DNA of 20,000 nt from an uncultured virus (IMG/VR IMGVR_UViG_3300013103_000007) (Duplodnaviria; Heunggongvirae; Uroviricota; Caudoviricetes), in the IMG/VR virus record IMGVR_UViG_3300013103_000007; one strand, written 5' to 3'. Below, in pieces: positions 16,529 through 20,000 of the stretch (positions within the stretch are counted from its first letter, which is position 1; every line of letters begins with the position of its first letter). The notes below the pieces were generated by a model. That model ran no database searches. It had not been told where the DNA came from and saw only the letters and a program-made list of their open reading frames with translations. Made by a program: the position numbers and the translations under genes.

Positions 16529-16544
16529 GAACATAATATAAAGG
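16529..16544 (+). promoter_or_regulatory. Candidate late promoter motif GAACATAATATAAAGG (copy 2)
   Basis: Identical to 10187-10202; 48 nt upstream of the tail fibre ATG. Confidence 0.6.
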
Positions 16545-16592
16545 ATTATATGTTACGCAATCAAAAACGATTAAGGTCGGAGTTTTAAATAA

Positions 16593-19500
16593 ATGGCTAA
16601 TATTAAATTCAAAAGTGGTTCTCAAAATAACATTCCTGTATTAGGGGTAGGAGAGCCAGGATTTTGTACCGATACAAAAAAGTTTTTTATCGGAGATGGA
16701 TCTCAAAATATTGAATTCGGCGGGACCGTCAGCACCACCACAACCTTAACCAGAACAACACCAACCATTGAAGATAATTATATTGAGATTGGTTATATTC
16801 CTGGCGCATCTGTAATGGCTGCGGTTACGATTTCTGGGGATGGGAATAATACGATTGGGTCAAAGCGATTCTTATTATGCTCATATTCGGGAACTACAAC
16901 TGGTTGGGCTGAAGTATTACCTATATTAAATAGCGGTGTTTCAAATTCAAATGATTTTACGCTAGATGCAAATTGGGATAATAGCAATACAAAATTAGAA
17001 CTTCGAATACGTTTATCAAATTATGCGGCAGTTATTTCTGGGAGTTTGAAAGTATTTGTTGAGATTTATTCTGGTCAAACTCTAACCCAAACCGCATCAA
17101 CTGGCTCAACAACGGCTCCTGCTACATATTATGATTCATCAATTATCACCCAATATAATGATAAGGTTGGAATAGGAACTGATAACCCATCTGAATTATT
17201 GGATGTAAATGGTATTATACAATGTGAGAGAATAAAAACAACTCTTGATTTAGCTGATGCAACCTTACCAAGTGTTTCAATGGAAGGTATTTCAACTGAT
17301 TATGTGGGTAGCGATGTAAAAGTTCATTTTCAAGCATCTGCATCTAGAGCATTTCAATTATCATCAAATTTAGCTGGGAATGATTTAAAATTTAGATTTG
17401 GTACCTCAACTGCATGGGATGCTTGGAAAGAAATTATTCATACTGGGAATATGTCAACTGAATGTGATGCAGATACATTGGATGGGTTAAATTCATTACA
17501 ATTTATCAGAAACGATCAGGATGAAATAACAAATGGTAATTTGACAATAAGCAAATCTTCACCCAGTTTAATTTTAAATAATAATTCAACAACAACATCA
17601 GCAGGAATTAAATTAAATACCGGAAGCTCACAAAGATGGGAAATTGCTTCTGACGGAGAAGACGAAACTGGAAGTAATGTAGGATCCGATCTTGCTATTT
17701 CGAGATATAATGATTCTGGAGTATTGCAGGATACACCATTTAAAATTGATCGTGCTTCTGGCGATGTTGAAATTAATAAATTAAATATTGATAATGCAAT
17801 ATTAAATAAAATTGAAAAAATTGTTGCCTCAGTTGATGTAAAGGCTATTTGTATTCATGATGTAATTGATGATGATGACCCAGATTGGATTAATAAATGT
17901 GGGGATACTTCTTATTACAATGAGCCTTTGAATACTTCTACAAGGGGTAAGACAAGAAAGCCACCTGCAAGAGTTTTGATTACTGGTGAAAGTGATAAGG
18001 TTACTATTTATGATTTGACTGATCCAGATGTGCCGATGTGGATGGTATTATTAGGTAACTCTTATGGTAGGCTTATGGGTAAAGGGCCAATTAAAAGAGT
18101 AAAAATGATTAATGGTTGTTTATTTGTAGGAAAAGACGGAATATATAATTGTGTTACCGCTGTGAATTTTGTAGTTGATTCTGCATTCGGATATGCTCCC
18201 AATTCTTCTTATTATTCTTCTGGCGCTACTTATTGTGGCTATTACAATTGTGGTATTATAAATAGAAATGTAGCTGGATTGTTTTCTGGTGCATTATCTA
18301 CATCTCCAATTTTAGTTAACGGTTCTGTCAACGACCTCGCCGTAACCCGCCTCCCTAACGCACCTATCAATCCTGCAACTAATATGCGCTATCCTACTCC
18401 TGCTGTTGCTACTGATGGCGGTATAAGTATTATTGATGGGCCTGCTGGTGTTGGTACTGTGAAGAATATGACTTGTAGTCAGAGCGGTTATGAGCCAGCA
18501 CATATAGTTGGTTTTCGCGCTGATGGGGCATTTGTCTATGATTTTGATGGGGGTACCTCTTCCCGTAAAATCAGAGTCCAACATACATTACCTTTAACTG
18601 ATTTAGTTGTAACAGCACATAATTACTCAAAAGAAAATAGTGATGAGTTTTACCATATATCCGGGGGGGATTTATCCCTAATTCCTACCATCACAATTAG
18701 TAATTATGCCACTATGGGTAGTGATTACATAGGTTCAACAAAAGGTTTACATTTCTTCTACCCCAACCCATCTAATCCCTCAGCCGGAGCAATTGCCTAT
18801 ATAACCAACAATTACAATACTGGCGTAATGCGGGGTGATATTCAAGCTTGTCTGATGGCTGATACTGAGAGTGGTAGTGTTGGTGGTGAGCTGGTTACTA
18901 ACGGAGATGGAACAAGTCTAGCCAATTGGAGCTATTACACGACTTTAGAGGGTTTTTCTATTGATGCAGGAACATTCAAACTGACCCAAGATGCTGACGG
19001 GTACTGTTACCTTTATCAGGTGGTTCCCGTTACTATAGGAAAAACATATTGTGTTTCTGTTGACTTAAAAAATGGTACTGCCCCTAGAGCTAGACTTTAT
19101 GTAGACAATAATACTCCCTCTGGGACAACGTATGGTTATATGGATGAAACCGGGACTTCATCTTTCACAACCCACAAGCTTACTTTTACCCCCGTTTCCT
19201 CTACATTATACCTTTCGATGTCTGCGGGGAGTACTGTTGCAGGGGTTACAGCTTGGTTCGACAATATCAGTGTTACCGAAGCCGTCTCCGACCGATGTGT
19301 ACAAGGTAATCATGCTCAAGTTGTAGGCTCATTAACCAAATCTGCTGTTGCGACGGGTGCGGAGTTGATGGCGTATAGTTTTTTTCATAACACAAGACAT
19401 GTTAAGATTCCTTATACTCCTGATTTTGATTTTGATACTGGTAATTTTTGTTTTAATTGTTGGGTAAATCTTCCAGCTAGTAGCTCATCTTATGCCACAA

Positions 19501-20000
19501 TTTTTTCTAGGGAGCCTGTTGACATTACTGGTGCTTGTTTTCATTGTTGTGTGAGAGCAAGTGACGGCTACCCGTTATTAAATATGACAGATGATGGATG
19601 GTCGTCTAATGATGGCATAACTATAGAGCGAAATATTATTGATTCTAAATGGCACAAATTGGTTTTTCTGCGTGATGGGGCTACTTTTTATGGGTACCTT
19701 GATGGGATACTTTTGACAACTACACCAGTTTCATCAGTAGCAGGAAGTTTAAGTAATGCGTCTGCTATTCTTACTTTAGGAGTTAGGGCTAATATTTCTT
19801 ATTCGATGACTTCTGGTAGTATTAGTCTTTTTCAAGCTTCAGCCACAGCACCAACCCCCGAACAAATCAAAGCTGATTACCTTGCAGAATTACCAATGTT
19901 TCAGGAAAATGCTAAATGTACTCTCAGTGGTTCAAGCAACGATATTAAAGCCTCAACATTTGATAAATCAACAAATAGCGCCAATATATTTACAAATGTA
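16593..20000 (+). CDS. Large mosaic tail fibre / receptor-binding protein, 3'-truncated (>1136 aa); absent from the ORF track
   Basis: GGAG then ATG 16593, with the frame open to the window end. It has an N-terminal LGVGEPGFCTDTKKFFIGDG (Mtd_N/hyaluronidase-like anchor) and shaft motifs VGIGTDNPSELLDVNG and WKEIIHTGN..DADTLDGLNSLQFIRND. A CBM-like domain (ELVTNG...GKTYCVSV...WFDNISV) lies at ~18890-19280 and a LamG/ConA-like domain (FDTGNFCFNCWV...KWHKLVFLRDG...YLDG) at ~19420-19880. Confidence 0.88.
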   Translation, partial: MANIKFKSGSQNNIPVLGVGEPGFCTDTKKFFIGDGSQNIEFGGTVSTTTTLTRTTPTIEDNYIEIGYIPGASVMAAVTISGDGNNTIGSKRFLLCSYSGTTTGWAEVLPILNSGVSNSNDFTLDANWDNSNTKLELRIRLSNYAAVISGSLKVFVEIYSGQTLTQTASTGSTTAPATYYDSSIITQYNDKVGIGTDNPSELLDVNGIIQCERIKTTLDLADATLPSVSMEGISTDYVGSDVKVHFQASASRAFQLSSNLAGNDLKFRFGTSTAWDAWKEIIHTGNMSTECDADTLDGLNSLQFIRNDQDEITNGNLTISKSSPSLILNNNSTTTSAGIKLNTGSSQRWEIASDGEDETGSNVGSDLAISRYNDSGVLQDTPFKIDRASGDVEINKLNIDNAILNKIEKIVASVDVKAICIHDVIDDDDPDWINKCGDTSYYNEPLNTSTRGKTRKPPARVLITGESDKVTIYDLTDPDVPMWMVLLGNSYGRLMGKGPIKRVKMINGCLFVGKDGIYNCVTAVNFVVDSAFGYAPNSSYYSSGATYCGYYNCGIINRNVAGLFSGALSTSPILVNGSVNDLAVTRLPNAPINPATNMRYPTPAVATDGGISIIDGPAGVGTVKNMTCSQSGYEPAHIVGFRADGAFVYDFDGGTSSRKIRVQHTLPLTDLVVTAHNYSKENSDEFYHISGGDLSLIPTITISNYATMGSDYIGSTKGLHFFYPNPSNPSAGAIAYITNNYNTGVMRGDIQACLMADTESGSVGGELVTNGDGTSLANWSYYTTLEGFSIDAGTFKLTQDADGYCYLYQVVPVTIGKTYCVSVDLKNGTAPRARLYVDNNTPSGTTYGYMDETGTSSFTTHKLTFTPVSSTLYLSMSAGSTVAGVTAWFDNISVTEAVSDRCVQGNHAQVVGSLTKSAVATGAELMAYSFFHNTRHVKIPYTPDFDFDTGNFCFNCWVNLPASSSSYATIFSREPVDITGACFHCCVRASDGYPLLNMTDDGWSSNDGITIERNIIDSKWHKLVFLRDGATFYGYLDGILLTTTPVSSVAGSLSNASAILTLGVRANISYSMTSGSISLFQASATAPTPEQIKADYLAELPMFQENAKCTLSGSSNDIKASTFDKSTNSANIFTNV

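Noticed and set aside
16356..16541. 61-aa + strand hydrophobic ORF
   Set aside because: No Shine-Dalgarno, composition typical of a non-coding or antisense AT-rich frame, and it overlaps the candidate promoter motifs.
16793..19326. Track ORFs 16793-16987, 18312-18584 and 19132-19326
   Set aside because: All lie inside the long tail-fibre frame starting at 16593.
16593..20000. Diversity-generating retroelement suggested by the Mtd_N-like N-terminus
   Set aside because: No reverse transcriptase or template/variable repeat pair was seen. The motif is a common fibre anchor and the C-terminus lies outside the window.
1..20000. Stop-codon reassignment; tRNA or rRNA genes
   Set aside because: Genes are full length under the standard code, with TAA, TGA and TAG all ending genes at tight junctions. 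No cloverleaf or rRNA-like segment was recognised in the short intergenic gaps.

Overview
AT-rich window with nearly all genes on the + strand. It reads as part of a large (probably jumbo) bacteriophage genome: tightly packed small hypothetical genes, virion/tail modules and no host housekeeping genes. Block 1 (<1-6334) is an operon-like cluster. It holds two paralogous low-complexity N/D/S/T/H/Y/G proteins with strict 4/8-residue periodicity, two small ORFs, a radical SAM/SPASM enzyme, a GT4-type glycosyltransferase, a second radical SAM/SPASM enzyme, a small ORF and a strong hairpin terminator. This is the best candidate for an undescribed system: a phage-encoded, RiPP-like machine that post-translationally modifies periodic repeat proteins. 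Block 2 (6483-10166) looks like an early/host-interaction cluster: a very acidic small protein, a Mesh1/SAH-like HD hydrolase, a DEDDh exonuclease and a 546-aa unknown. Block 3 (10245-16264) has a peptidase-G2/IMC-like tail-associated protein, two more glycosyltransferases (one with tandem GT-A domains) and hypothetical genes. Block 4 is a >1136-aa mosaic tail fibre/receptor-binding protein (16593 to the window end) that the ORF track misses. Repeated intergenic motifs suggest phage-specific promoter classes. All family assignments come from motif recognition by eye; no searches were run.
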